A stretch of DNA of 24,429 nucleotides. Source: a virus. Taxonomy: Duplodnaviria; Caudoviricetes. The notes under the pieces are model-generated. The model saw nothing but the letters and a program-made list of their open reading frames with translations, was not told where the DNA came from and did not search any database. The stretch's first letter is position 1, and each line of letters begins with the position of its first letter. Below, piece by piece: positions 17,124-24,429 of this stretch. The stretch lies in IMG/VR virus record IMGVR_UViG_3300027835_000485, positions 1 to 24,429 of that record; one strand, 5' to 3'. The position numbers and the translations under genes were made by a program.

Positions 17124-17522
17124 ATGGCGCGACGGTACTACGTGTGTCCGGTGGTGACTGAGCTCCAGGCTGACGGGTCCACCTACGTGTACGCCAAGGT
17201 GGCTCACTATGTCGGCCAGATCAAAGGCTACGTCGCGCACATCCCCAGCGACCCGTCGACCGGCCTCCCGTTGCGGAACTGGGCGCTGGTCTGCGTCGAG
17301 GCCGATGACCACAGCCTGCTGCTAGCCGATGCCGCCTTCGAGGCCTTGCCGTGGAAGGACGCGCTCGATGACGCGCTGACGTTGCCGCAGGCGGCCAAGG
17401 ACAAGCTCGCGGCCCGCGGGATTGACCTCAGCGGCATCACCACGATGAGGCAACTCGTGCGAGCGATTGGCCAGCGGCTTCACGCTTCCTTCGATGAACG
17501 AGCGTTCGGGGTGTCCAGCTAA
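17124..17522 (+). CDS. Hypothetical phage protein (132 aa)
   Basis: Operon-like spacing, TAATG overlap with the next gene, plausible composition. Confidence 0.6.
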   Translation: MARRYYVCPVVTELQADGSTYVYAKVAHYVGQIKGYVAHIPSDPSTGLPLRNWALVCVEADDHSLLLADAAFEALPWKDALDDALTLPQAAKDKLAARGIDLSGITTMRQLVRAIGQRLHASFDERAFGVSS

Positions 17523-18196
17523 TGGCTCTTCTGGCGCAAGACACCTTTACAGTGGGCGTTGACACCGTCCTCGAGAGTCATACCCCAGACATCGGCACCG
17601 GATGGTCCGTTGAGACCGCGGCGAAGCTGACGTGTGACGCCGCCGGCGACTATTGCTACGCCAACCAGGCCAACAATACGCGGCATTGGGGGAGAGAAGG
17701 TACGTCGATCGGCGCCGACGCTATGGATGTCACCGTCGACATTTTGGTGAACAATGTCAACAACAACAGGTTTTGTGGTCCCGCCGGGCGGATGACCACG
17801 GCCAACTGGGGTAATCAATACAACGCGGAGGCGCAAGGCGGCGGCATTGGTGGCAATGTGCAGTTGACTTATTTCCTCTTTAAGGCGGTCAGCAGTGTTC
17901 GGACCCAACTCGGCTCTTGGGCGGATACCTCCACGAACAACGGCGCCAGTACGCATACGGTCAAATTGGAAATTCGCACGGCCGCCAAGAAAGTTTTTGT
18001 CGACGGGATTGAGCGTATTAGTTCTGCAGATGACAGTCTCGCGGGCAATCACTATGCGGGGCTCACTGGTCAACGACTCGAGGCCCAGATGGACAACTTC
18101 AAGAGTGAGTCCGTCAACGATCCGCTGCCTTCGAAAATCCTCGAAAGCTCGTTGTTGCAGCTGAACCGCATGAGCGAAGCCGCGGTGGGCGCATGA
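17522..18196 (+). CDS. Putative carbohydrate/receptor-binding protein (ConA/LamG-like beta-sandwich)
   Basis: DTFT...L.SHTPD.G.GW start, HTVKLEI...KKVFVDG and DNFK motifs. More A/T-ending codons than its neighbours. Confidence 0.6.
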   Translation: MALLAQDTFTVGVDTVLESHTPDIGTGWSVETAAKLTCDAAGDYCYANQANNTRHWGREGTSIGADAMDVTVDILVNNVNNNRFCGPAGRMTTANWGNQYNAEAQGGGIGGNVQLTYFLFKAVSSVRTQLGSWADTSTNNGASTHTVKLEIRTAAKKVFVDGIERISSADDSLAGNHYAGLTGQRLEAQMDNFKSESVNDPLPSKILESSLLQLNRMSEAAVGA

Positions 18197-19098
18197 CCAC
18201 CTTCGGCCCGACCATCACGCGCTGGCGTGCGCAATATCTCCCCGGCCACTGGAACACGCTGCTCGAACTGCTCTACGTCATCGGCGGGACGAACTACACC
18301 AAGGACCTCACGGAAACGATGACCCTGACCGACGTGCTGATCCGGGACACGCGTAAGACCCTGACCGAGTCGATCAGCCTGACCGATACCCTGATCCGTG
18401 ACACCACGAAGCTGCTGACCGATGGGATCACGCTCGTCGATACGCTGAGCAAGTCGACCGGGAAGATCTTCGCGGAAACGCTCACGCTTACCGACACGCT
18501 GGTGAAGCAACTCGTCTTCGTGAAGGTGCTGATCGAGTCGATGTCCCTGACGGACACGCTGAGCAAGTCGACGACGAAGGGGCTCACTGAGACCGTGACC
18601 TTGGCCGATGCGCTGACGAAGGCGATCACGCTGCACGCGCTGACTGAGGTCGTGACCTTGGCCGACACGCTCTCGAAGCAAACGCAGAAGGTGCTGTCGG
18701 AGTCGGTGACCCTGGCCGACACGCGTGTCAACACGACGGGGAAAGTGCTGACCGAGGTCGTCACCGTCGCGGAGGCGCTGAGCAAGACCGTCGGCAAGGC
18801 ACTCGCGGAGTCGGTGACGCTCACGGACTCCATTGCGCGGGTCGTGCAAAAGAACCTCGCCGAGGTGATCACGCTCGTCGATGTGCTCGGGAAGCTGACC
18901 GGCAAGACCTTCTCGGAGACGGTCACCCTGACCGATACCCTGACCGCGCAGCAGCTCGTCGCGGTCGTCGGGTACATCAAGGATTCACTGCGAACGCTGC
19001 AATCGGCCGCCGGCTCTGGATCAGCCGACACGCCCGCCGGAGGATCGGCCGCCGGACTGACCGGTGGCAGTAGCAGCGCGGGCTCGCTGAACCCATAA
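18193..19098 (+). CDS. Repeat-containing fibre-like protein (12 repeats of about 18 aa)
   Basis: Consensus xxxKxLxExxTLxDxLxx repeated 12 times. ATGA overlap with the upstream gene. Confidence 0.7.
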   Translation: MTTFGPTITRWRAQYLPGHWNTLLELLYVIGGTNYTKDLTETMTLTDVLIRDTRKTLTESISLTDTLIRDTTKLLTDGITLVDTLSKSTGKIFAETLTLTDTLVKQLVFVKVLIESMSLTDTLSKSTTKGLTETVTLADALTKAITLHALTEVVTLADTLSKQTQKVLSESVTLADTRVNTTGKVLTEVVTVAEALSKTVGKALAESVTLTDSIARVVQKNLAEVITLVDVLGKLTGKTFSETVTLTDTLTAQQLVAVVGYIKDSLRTLQSAAGSGSADTPAGGSAAGLTGGSSSAGSLNP

Positions 19099-19108
19099 GG
19101 AGGTCGGC

Positions 19109-19492
19109 ATGGCGTTCATGGCGAAGGAGCGCACCAACGCGCAGTACAAGGTGACGCTGAAGTACGAGGACGGGACGTTGGTGCCGAAAGCGCAAGTGAC
19201 CAGCTTCAAGGTCACGCTGTTCAATCTCGACGACGACGCGCAGACCATCCTCAACGGCCGCAACGCCGAGGAGCACGCCACCGCCTTCAGCGGCGCGATC
19301 ACGATGGGCGCGACCGACGGGATCGTGACCTTCAACCTGCAGCCGTCCGACAACGCCATCGTCGGATTGACGCCGGGCCAGAATCTGCGGTACGAACGGC
19401 ACCGCCTGATCTTCGACGTCACTGCCAACAGCAAACGCCTCGTGATTCAAGATGAGATCCTCGTCGAGAACACGGAGAAGGTCACGACCTGA
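19109..19492 (+). CDS. Putative Ig-like structural protein (BppU N-terminal-like)
   Basis: RBS AAGGAGG. Pattern VTLK..DG ... DGIVTFNLQPSD ... LIFDVT. Confidence 0.55.
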   Translation: MAFMAKERTNAQYKVTLKYEDGTLVPKAQVTSFKVTLFNLDDDAQTILNGRNAEEHATAFSGAITMGATDGIVTFNLQPSDNAIVGLTPGQNLRYERHRLIFDVTANSKRLVIQDEILVENTEKVTT

Positions 19493-19830
19493 TGCGTCAC
19501 CCTCTCATTGATCACTATCCGGCGAACTCGGCGATTCACTTCGCGCTCGTGGATCCCTCGATGCGTCGGTCGATTGGCGTACTGTCTGCAGCAGTCGTCG
19601 GCGATGAGGCGTGCCTGTTCGGATGGATTCGACGAGAGGGTCCCGTGGGCGGGCTCTCGTATTTCCCGATGATCGTCGACACGTTGATCGCTGCCGGGGT
19701 CCGCACCGTCAGCGCGGCACTGCAGCCGATGCTCGCCCAGCATGTCTGTCGGAAGCTGGGGTTCGTGCCGACCGGCGCACGGAGATCGACCGTGGTGGGG
19801 GATCTGACGGTGATCGAGCGGGCACTCTGA
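19492..19830 (+). CDS. Hypothetical protein, possible degenerate GNAT-fold
   Basis: TGATG coupling. IGVLS beta strand, AGVRTV and C-terminal RKLGFVP resemble GNAT motif B. Confidence 0.45.
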   Translation: MRHPLIDHYPANSAIHFALVDPSMRRSIGVLSAAVVGDEACLFGWIRREGPVGGLSYFPMIVDTLIAAGVRTVSAALQPMLAQHVCRKLGFVPTGARRSTVVGDLTVIERAL

Positions 19831-19833
19831 CGC

Positions 19834-20121
19834 ATGGCCGATCTGGAGCATCGAGTCGCACAGTTGGAGGAGGCGGGCGAGCGCATGCACCGGGCCATTT
19901 GGGGCAACGGCGAGCGGGGCATGAAGCAGGACCTCGCCGTGGTCGCCACGGACGTGAAGGCCTTGGTCAAGGGCCTCGATGAGTTCAAGGAGCTGGTGAA
20001 GGATCAGCATAACGCGCTGTGGAAGCGCGTCGGAGGTCGGCCTAGCTGGGCGGTGACGATCATTCTGACCCTCATGAACTCTGCCCTGGTCGGACTGCTC
20101 GTCGCGCACTTCTCGCAGTGA
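19834..20121 (+). CDS. Coiled-coil protein with C-terminal TM helix (holin/XhlA-like position and topology)
   Basis: LEHRVAQLEE coiled coil, GNG..G motif, and C-terminal WAVTIILTLMNSALVGLLVA. Confidence 0.6.
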   Translation: MADLEHRVAQLEEAGERMHRAIWGNGERGMKQDLAVVATDVKALVKGLDEFKELVKDQHNALWKRVGGRPSWAVTIILTLMNSALVGLLVAHFSQ

Positions 20122-20333
20122 TGATCAGCCAAGACGCGCTGCGCGATCACATCCATTGTCTGCCGCCGCTCATCGTCGACGGGCAGCGTATTGTGCTCGA
20201 AGTCGAGATTCACGGCGCGTGGGTCGACAACAGCCACGAACCGCGGTCGGCGAGGACACCGGCCGTACTTGTGGCGATCCGCCGGCTGCGGGAGCTTGTC
20301 GCCAAGGCCACTGAGCAACAGAAGGAGGAGTAG
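20121..20333 (+). CDS. Hypothetical protein (70 aa)
   Basis: TGATG coupling. Fills the gap before the lipoprotein RBS. Confidence 0.5.
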   Translation: MISQDALRDHIHCLPPLIVDGQRIVLEVEIHGAWVDNSHEPRSARTPAVLVAIRRLRELVAKATEQQKEE

Positions 20334-20335
20334 CT

Positions 20336-20917
20336 ATGAGACGTCCTTGGATCGTCGCAGCGCTGGCGCTGCTGGTGCTGGTCAGCGGCTGCAAGCCGGT
20401 CGACAACTATCAAGCCGGCAAAGATACGCCGCTCGCACAAGGCGAGATCGGTCCGACCGAGCAGGCGAAGCAAGACGCGGCACCGATCAAAGGCCTGCCG
20501 TACGGCAATGTCGCGTACCCGATCGCTGCGGCGCTGCTAGGCATCTGGTACACGGAGCGGCGTGGGGCGCGGATCCGCCAGGGGTTGCCGCCGAGTGCAC
20601 GGCCGTCGACAGGCTATCTAGGTGAGCGCGTACCTGTCGTTGAGACGCTGGCGCAGACGCTCACCAACTTCTCAACGGGATTGTTTACCCTGTTCGGCAA
20701 GCAGGACACCGGCACGCAGCGCGCCTGGAAGATTGCCGTCTCGTTTGGGCTGGCCACGCTCGCTGCTGCACCAACGATTCCTGGCTTTCAGGAGTGGCTG
20801 ACCGGACACGCCAACTACGCCCTGGCCTTGGTCGGGCTGGCCGGGTTCTTCGGTGCCGTCAACGTCGAGCTCAACAAGGTCAAGCCGGTGGCGGAGGTGA
20901 AGCCGTCAGCCTCCTGA
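20336..20917 (+). CDS. Lipoprotein with additional hydrophobic/TM segments (lysis-module candidate)
   Basis: RBS AAGGAGG. Signal MRRPWIVAALALLVLVSG|C with a lipobox. Three further hydrophobic segments. Confidence 0.65.
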   Translation: MRRPWIVAALALLVLVSGCKPVDNYQAGKDTPLAQGEIGPTEQAKQDAAPIKGLPYGNVAYPIAAALLGIWYTERRGARIRQGLPPSARPSTGYLGERVPVVETLAQTLTNFSTGLFTLFGKQDTGTQRAWKIAVSFGLATLAAAPTIPGFQEWLTGHANYALALVGLAGFFGAVNVELNKVKPVAEVKPSAS

Positions 20918-20948
20918 CGCTGGCTTCGTCGGTGGGCACGGCCGCGCC

Positions 20949-20983
20949 ACGACCCCCGGACTCACCGCCGGGGGTCGTTTTTT
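20949..20983 (+). terminator. Rho-independent terminator ending the late operon
   Basis: Perfect 11-bp stem ACGACCCCCGG / CCGGGGGTCGT with an 8-nt loop. T6 tract at 20978-20983. Confidence 0.88.
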
Positions 20984-20995
20984 CGCCCGAATCTC

Positions 20996-21071
20996 CTTGC
21001 TATCCCTGCCCGATTCTGGCCTCCTCCCACCCGAACGATGGGAACAGGGAGAGCGGACAACGTGAGGAGGC
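20996..21071 (+). repeat. Leader element copy 1 (CTTG-N14-28-nt core, anti-SD, SD)
   Basis: Core TTCTGGCCTCCTCCCACCCGAACGATGG at 21014-21041 is 25/28 identical to 21573-21600. Confidence 0.75.
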
Positions 21072-21075
21072 AGCC

Positions 21076-21537
21076 ATGAGCGAGGCTGGGGTTCCGATTT
21101 GGAAGGTGCAGTTGGTGCGAGAGGGCGCGCTGAACGCAGCGCGGCGTCCGGTGGCCAGCTCGGAGGATGCGGCGGCCGTGGTCGCCTCGTACCTGAAGGG
21201 CGCGGATCGGGAGCACTGCGTGGTCGTCCTGCTCGATGCGCGCAACAAGGTCATCGGCCTCAACACGGTGTCGATTGGGACGGTCAGCGCGTCGCTCGTG
21301 CACCCGCGCGAGGTCTTCAAGCCGGCGATCCTGGCCAACGCCAGCGCGGTGATCCTTGCCCACAACCATCCGAGCGGAGAGCTGGATCCCTCAGAACATG
21401 ACGTGGACCTCACAAAGCGGCTGATCGAGGCCGGGAAGCTGCTGGGCATCGAGCTGACGGATCATCTGATCCTCTACGAGGGGGCCCATCTGAGCTTACG
21501 AGCCAGCGGCAAGGTCTCGTGGGGTCGCACGCGATGA
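21076..21537 (+). CDS. radC: RadC-like JAB/MPN domain protein (stand-alone, no HhH region)
   Basis: RBS GAGGAGG. DREH, VSIGTVSASLVHPREVFKPAI, HNHPSG...PS..D and LLGIEL.DHLI motifs. Confidence 0.93.
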   Translation: MSEAGVPIWKVQLVREGALNAARRPVASSEDAAAVVASYLKGADREHCVVVLLDARNKVIGLNTVSIGTVSASLVHPREVFKPAILANASAVILAHNHPSGELDPSEHDVDLTKRLIEAGKLLGIELTDHLILYEGAHLSLRASGKVSWGRTR

Positions 21538-21554
21538 GCGCCCATCCCTTTCGT

Positions 21555-21627
21555 CTTGACTTCGGAGACCAGTTCCGGCCTCCTCCCTCCCGCACGATGG
21601 CACGGAGCCGCACAGCAACGAGGAGGC
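21555..21627 (+). repeat. Leader element copy 2
   Basis: CTTG at 21555, core TTCCGGCCTCCTCCCTCCCGCACGATGG at 21573-21600, GAGGAGGC at 21620-21627. Confidence 0.75.
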
Positions 21628-21632
21628 GGGCG

Positions 21633-21800
21633 ATGGTGGACGAACGGACGATCCAGGTGGCGCTGACGGCGCGGGAGCTGCGGTGGTTCCTCGAGCAGAT
21701 CGGGTGCACGGTGGACCCGGATGCGATCCGAGGTGCGGTCCGGGACGGGGTTCAAGTGCAGCTTGAACGATCGCTGTTCGAGCTTGAGGAACGCGAGTGA
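21633..21800 (+). CDS. Small hypothetical protein (55 aa)
   Basis: RBS AGGAGG at 21621-21626, ATG at 21633. In-frame upstream ATGs make the start uncertain. Confidence 0.55.
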   Translation: MVDERTIQVALTARELRWFLEQIGCTVDPDAIRGAVRDGVQVQLERSLFELEERE

Positions 21801-21818
21801 GGGGGAGGCGAGGTCACG

Positions 21819-22055
21819 ATGGCACAGAGCAAAGGCATCAGCGAGGTCGGACGGCGGATCCTGAACAACGAGGACGCCGCGATTGAGCGCTACGCAATCT
21901 TTCAAGGCATCGACACGGACGTCCTGCTGGAGATCGTCACCGGCAAGGTGGATCCGGGCGAGCTCGTCCGGATCGAGCTGGCCCACCGAGGCCTGGGGAA
22001 GGATGGCGCGTGGGTGGGCTTTCCGCAGGCGCGGCAGCTCTGGGGCATCGCATGA
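21819..22055 (+). CDS. Small hypothetical phage protein (78 aa)
   Basis: RBS GGAGG. C-terminal ELAHRGL..DG.WVGF..A motif recalled from mobile-element hypothetical proteins. Confidence 0.7.
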   Translation: MAQSKGISEVGRRILNNEDAAIERYAIFQGIDTDVLLEIVTGKVDPGELVRIELAHRGLGKDGAWVGFPQARQLWGIA

Positions 22056-22258
22056 GCGTGCACATGGACGAGCGGTACAGCCGAATGACGGCTGAACAGT
22101 TCCGGGCGCGCTACACCTTCCCGTTGACGCCGCAGCAGCACGCGGTTCTGGAACGGGCGGAAGGTCTCGGCCTGGAACTTGAGGTATTGATCGGCTATGC
22201 CTGTGGCCGGCGGTACCTCTTGGAGCTCGATGTCGTCGAGGAGGAGAGACAGCCATGA
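22052..22258 (+). CDS. Small hypothetical protein (68 aa)
   Basis: ATGA overlaps at both ends. Confidence 0.55.
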   Translation: MSVHMDERYSRMTAEQFRARYTFPLTPQQHAVLERAEGLGLELEVLIGYACGRRYLLELDVVEEERQP

Positions 22259-22452
22259 CCGAGGGGCAGCTACGAGGCCAGGCCGGACTCGACGCGGCCA
22301 GCGCCGAGGCCCTCGAGCGCGCGAAGACCACGATGCAGGAGTGGTTGGACAACGCCATCAAGGACGACAACAGCGAGGCGGTCCGAGCGATGGTGGTCAG
22401 TGTGGTGCTGATCGAGCGGCAGATCAATCGACTATTCGAAGCGGCACGGTAA
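22255..22452 (+). CDS. Small helical hypothetical protein (65 aa)
   Basis: RBS GAGGAG, ATGA overlap, helical composition. Confidence 0.6.
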   Translation: MTEGQLRGQAGLDAASAEALERAKTTMQEWLDNAIKDDNSEAVRAMVVSVVLIERQINRLFEAAR

Positions 22453-22475
22453 TAACAGGAGAGGAAGCAGGAGCG

Positions 22476-23492
22476 ATGGCACACAACATCAGCACGGAGC
22501 GTGGACGGCCGGAAATGTGTTATGTCGGTGAGCGGCCGTGGCACGGGCTCGGGACCGCGCTGCAGGCGCCAGCCACCGCCGCAGAGGCCATCCAGGCCGC
22601 TGGGCTGGATTGGACGGTTGAGCAGTGGCCCCTCTACGCCATGGCTGCCGCGACAGGCATGCGAGAGGGCGGCACGATCGAAGCGGCCGGCCACCTGGCG
22701 AACGTGCGCTCCGACACGCGGCAGGTCCTCGGGGTGGTGGGAGATCGCTATCAACCGATCCAGAACCGCGAAGCCTTCACCTTCTTCGACCACGTCGTCG
22801 GCCAGGGCCAGGCCATCTACCACACGGCGGGAGCCCTCGGCCAAGGCGAGCGCGTATGGATCTTGGCGAAGCTGCCGGGCGACATCGTGATCACGCGCCA
22901 CGGCACGGAGGATCGCACCGAGAAGTTCCTCCTCTTGAGCAACTCGCACAATGGGTGGTCGAGCCTGCGAATGTGCTTCACCCCGATCCGGGTGGTCTGC
23001 CAGAACACGCTCAATGCGGCGCTTGCGCGCACGGGCGAAGTGCGCCAAGGCATCCGGATCCAGCATACCGGCGAGATCACACAGAAGGTGACCGAGGCGC
23101 AGCGCGCACTCGGGCTGGCGGTGAAGTTCTACGACGACATGACGAGCCTCGTTGAGCACCTGGCGAATCGGACGCTGAAGCAGCAGGAGCTGACGGCCTA
23201 CGTCGAGACCGTCTTCCCGAGCCGCGAGGGTGAGCCCGGCGGCCGGATCCAGAATATCCGGCAGGACGTCCTGCGGCTGATTGAGAGCGGCAAAGGCAAC
23301 GATCGGCCCGGCATCCGCGGCACCGCATGGGCGGCCATCAACGGCGTCGTCGAATACGTGGACCACGAGCGCGCTGGCCGTGGCAAGACCGCGCAGGAGC
23401 GGGCCAGCTCGCGGCTCGAAAGCGCGTGGTTCGGCTACGGCGCGACGATCAAGGCACGCGCATGGGATCACGCCGTGGCGTTGGTGAAGTAA
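22476..23492 (+). CDS. DUF932-family phage/plasmid protein (338 aa)
   Basis: MAHN...[56 protein letters not shown] and GTAW.A.N.V.EY.DH motifs. Confidence 0.93.
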   Translation: MAHNISTERGRPEMCYVGERPWHGLGTALQAPATAAEAIQAAGLDWTVEQWPLYAMAAATGMREGGTIEAAGHLANVRSDTRQVLGVVGDRYQPIQNREAFTFFDHVVGQGQAIYHTAGALGQGERVWILAKLPGDIVITRHGTEDRTEKFLLLSNSHNGWSSLRMCFTPIRVVCQNTLNAALARTGEVRQGIRIQHTGEITQKVTEAQRALGLAVKFYDDMTSLVEHLANRTLKQQELTAYVETVFPSREGEPGGRIQNIRQDVLRLIESGKGNDRPGIRGTAWAAINGVVEYVDHERAGRGKTAQERASSRLESAWFGYGATIKARAWDHAVALVK

Positions 23493-23569
23493 GCCGAAGC
23501 CCGGGCTCAAGCCCGGGTCCGAGCCGGCCACCGGTCCGCCGAGAGGCAGGCCACAAAAGAGGATCCACC

Positions 23570-23760
23570 ATGACGGATAAGCCACCGGTGAAGCTCGTCG
23601 GAACGGACGGCAACATCTTTGCCGTGGTCGGCCGCTGCGACAGGCCCTGGAGCACGCTGGACAGCCGCATCAGGCCAAGGAGCTGGTGCAGCGGGCGTTC
23701 AACGCGACGTCCTACGACGAGGCGCTGGGGATTTGTCTGGAGTACGTCGATGCCTCCTAA
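23570..23760 (+). pseudogene. Small phage protein gene with a 1-nt deletion near 23638 (pseudogene or sequence error)
   Basis: The N-terminus MTDKPPVKLVGTDGNIFAVVGRC continues naturally in another frame as QALEHAGQPHQAKELVQRAFNATSYDEALGICLEYVDAS*. Span is 191 nt, one short of a multiple of 3. Confidence 0.75.
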
Positions 23761-23938
23761 CGGGCCGCGCAGATCCGTGCAAGAGTCCAACGCTGGTGTG
23801 GTGATCCGGATTGACGAAGAGGTCTACCGGACGCTTTCACGGCGGCGGGGACCCGGGAAGAGTTTCAACGACGTCTTGCGGCGGCTCTTCGGAATGCCGA
23901 GACGCGTGAAGTGGATCAGGACAGGAGCGACACGGTGA
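23750..23938 (+). CDS. Ribbon-helix-helix DNA-binding protein (VapB/DUF217- or SeqA-N-like)
   Basis: VIRIDEEVYRTL...GKSFNDVLRRL matches the I.I.DEVY..L...GESFSDVIRRL pattern. Start is uncertain. Confidence 0.7.
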   Translation: MPPNGPRRSVQESNAGVVIRIDEEVYRTLSRRRGPGKSFNDVLRRLFGMPRRVKWIRTGATR

Positions 23939-24429
23939 TGACTGCAGAAGCCAAGAAGGCACTGGATCGGAAGAATCGCGAGTACTTGGCGAAGAAGAAG
24001 GCCAAGCGGGAGGCGCAGGCCGCTGCCCGGGCTGGTAAGAAGAAGACTGCTCAATCCGGCATGAAAGACAAGACTGCAGGGCCGCAGCAACGAAAGACGG
24101 AAAACGCCAAACCTGCTGATCAAGCGAAGCCCTTACACCAGACCGTAACGCAAGCGGATCGGGTCGCCCGGTCGGCCAACGCCACCGGCCGTGTGACACT
24201 GTGCGAACTCAAAGAGCGCATCAAGGAACGCTGGCCTAAGATCCATGGGCTCGCGGATGCCACCAAGGCTGAGTTGATGGACGTGCTCGACAAGGGTGCA
24301 TCGGAGCCGCTGTTTTTGGACCAGATGCAGACGCTGTGGGAGAGCCGGGCCAAAGAGCGCCGCGAGTGTTGGCTTCGAGGCGACAGCAAGAGTGCCCAGG
24401 CCGTTCGAACGAAGCAGAATCTGAAATAG
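23938..24429 (+). CDS. Lys-rich protein with Rho-N/SAP-like helix-extension-helix motif
   Basis: RBS AGGAG at 23923-23927 and TGATG coupling. Basic N-terminus, then TLCELKERIKE...I.GL..ATKAEL.DVL. Confidence 0.6.
   Translation: MTAEAKKALDRKNREYLAKKKAKREAQAAARAGKKKTAQSGMKDKTAGPQQRKTENAKPADQAKPLHQTVTQADRVARSANATGRVTLCELKERIKERWPKIHGLADATKAELMDVLDKGASEPLFLDQMQTLWESRAKERRECWLRGDSKSAQAVRTKQNLK

Noticed and set aside
17522-18196. Diversity-generating retroelement target (Asn/AAC-rich lectin-like gene)
   Set aside because: I found no template-repeat copy and no reverse transcriptase in the window. A remote DGR cannot be excluded.
18290-18950. CRISPR-like or DNA tandem repeat array
   Set aside because: The periodicity is about 54 nt, in frame and degenerate at synonymous sites. 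It is a protein repeat, not a repeat-spacer array.
21593-21830. CACGATGGCAC(G/A)GAGC at 21593 and 21815 as a third copy of the leader repeat
   Set aside because: The 21815 copy lacks the CTTG and anti-SD parts and is simply the start-codon context of the 21819 gene. It may be a duplication relic, but it is not the full element.
21474-23585. 703-aa minus-strand ORF
   Set aside because: It is antisense to DUF932 and several RBS-bearing genes and has no recognisable motifs. Long shadow ORFs are expected at this GC content.
23750-24429. Type II toxin-antitoxin pair (RHH plus downstream gene)
   Set aside because: The downstream protein shows no PIN, RelE/ParE, MazF or other toxin motif that I can recognise.

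Overview
The window is one + strand gene run from a high-GC tailed phage or prophage with a siphovirus-type, non-contractile tail. Bases 1-20917 are a late morphogenesis operon: the 3' end of a Mu gpF/SPP1 gp7-like head protein, an HK97 prohead protease with an extra C-terminal domain, and an HK97 major capsid protein. Next come a probable decoration protein, two tandem paralogous head-tail adaptor + neck gene pairs, a tail terminator, a tail tube, tail assembly chaperones with a likely -1 frameshift, and a tape measure protein. These are followed by a GTA-like tail tip (DUF2460 distal tail, BR0599-like hub, NlpC/P60 fused to a large tail-tip protein), minor tail/fibre genes, and membrane genes in the lysis position with no recognisable endolysin. 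After an intrinsic terminator (20949-20983) lies an accessory cluster: RadC-like JAB, small ORFs, DUF932, a frameshifted small gene, an RHH protein and a Lys-rich HEH-like protein. The most notable observations are the duplicated neck module with a visible junction, a compact three-way-junction/pseudoknot RNA candidate after the capsid gene, a repeated anti-SD leader element in the accessory region, and the NlpC/P60-tail tip fusion. No integrase, terminase, portal, tRNA, rRNA, CRISPR array or reverse transcriptase was seen. All family assignments are by-eye motif recognition plus synteny; no database search was run.
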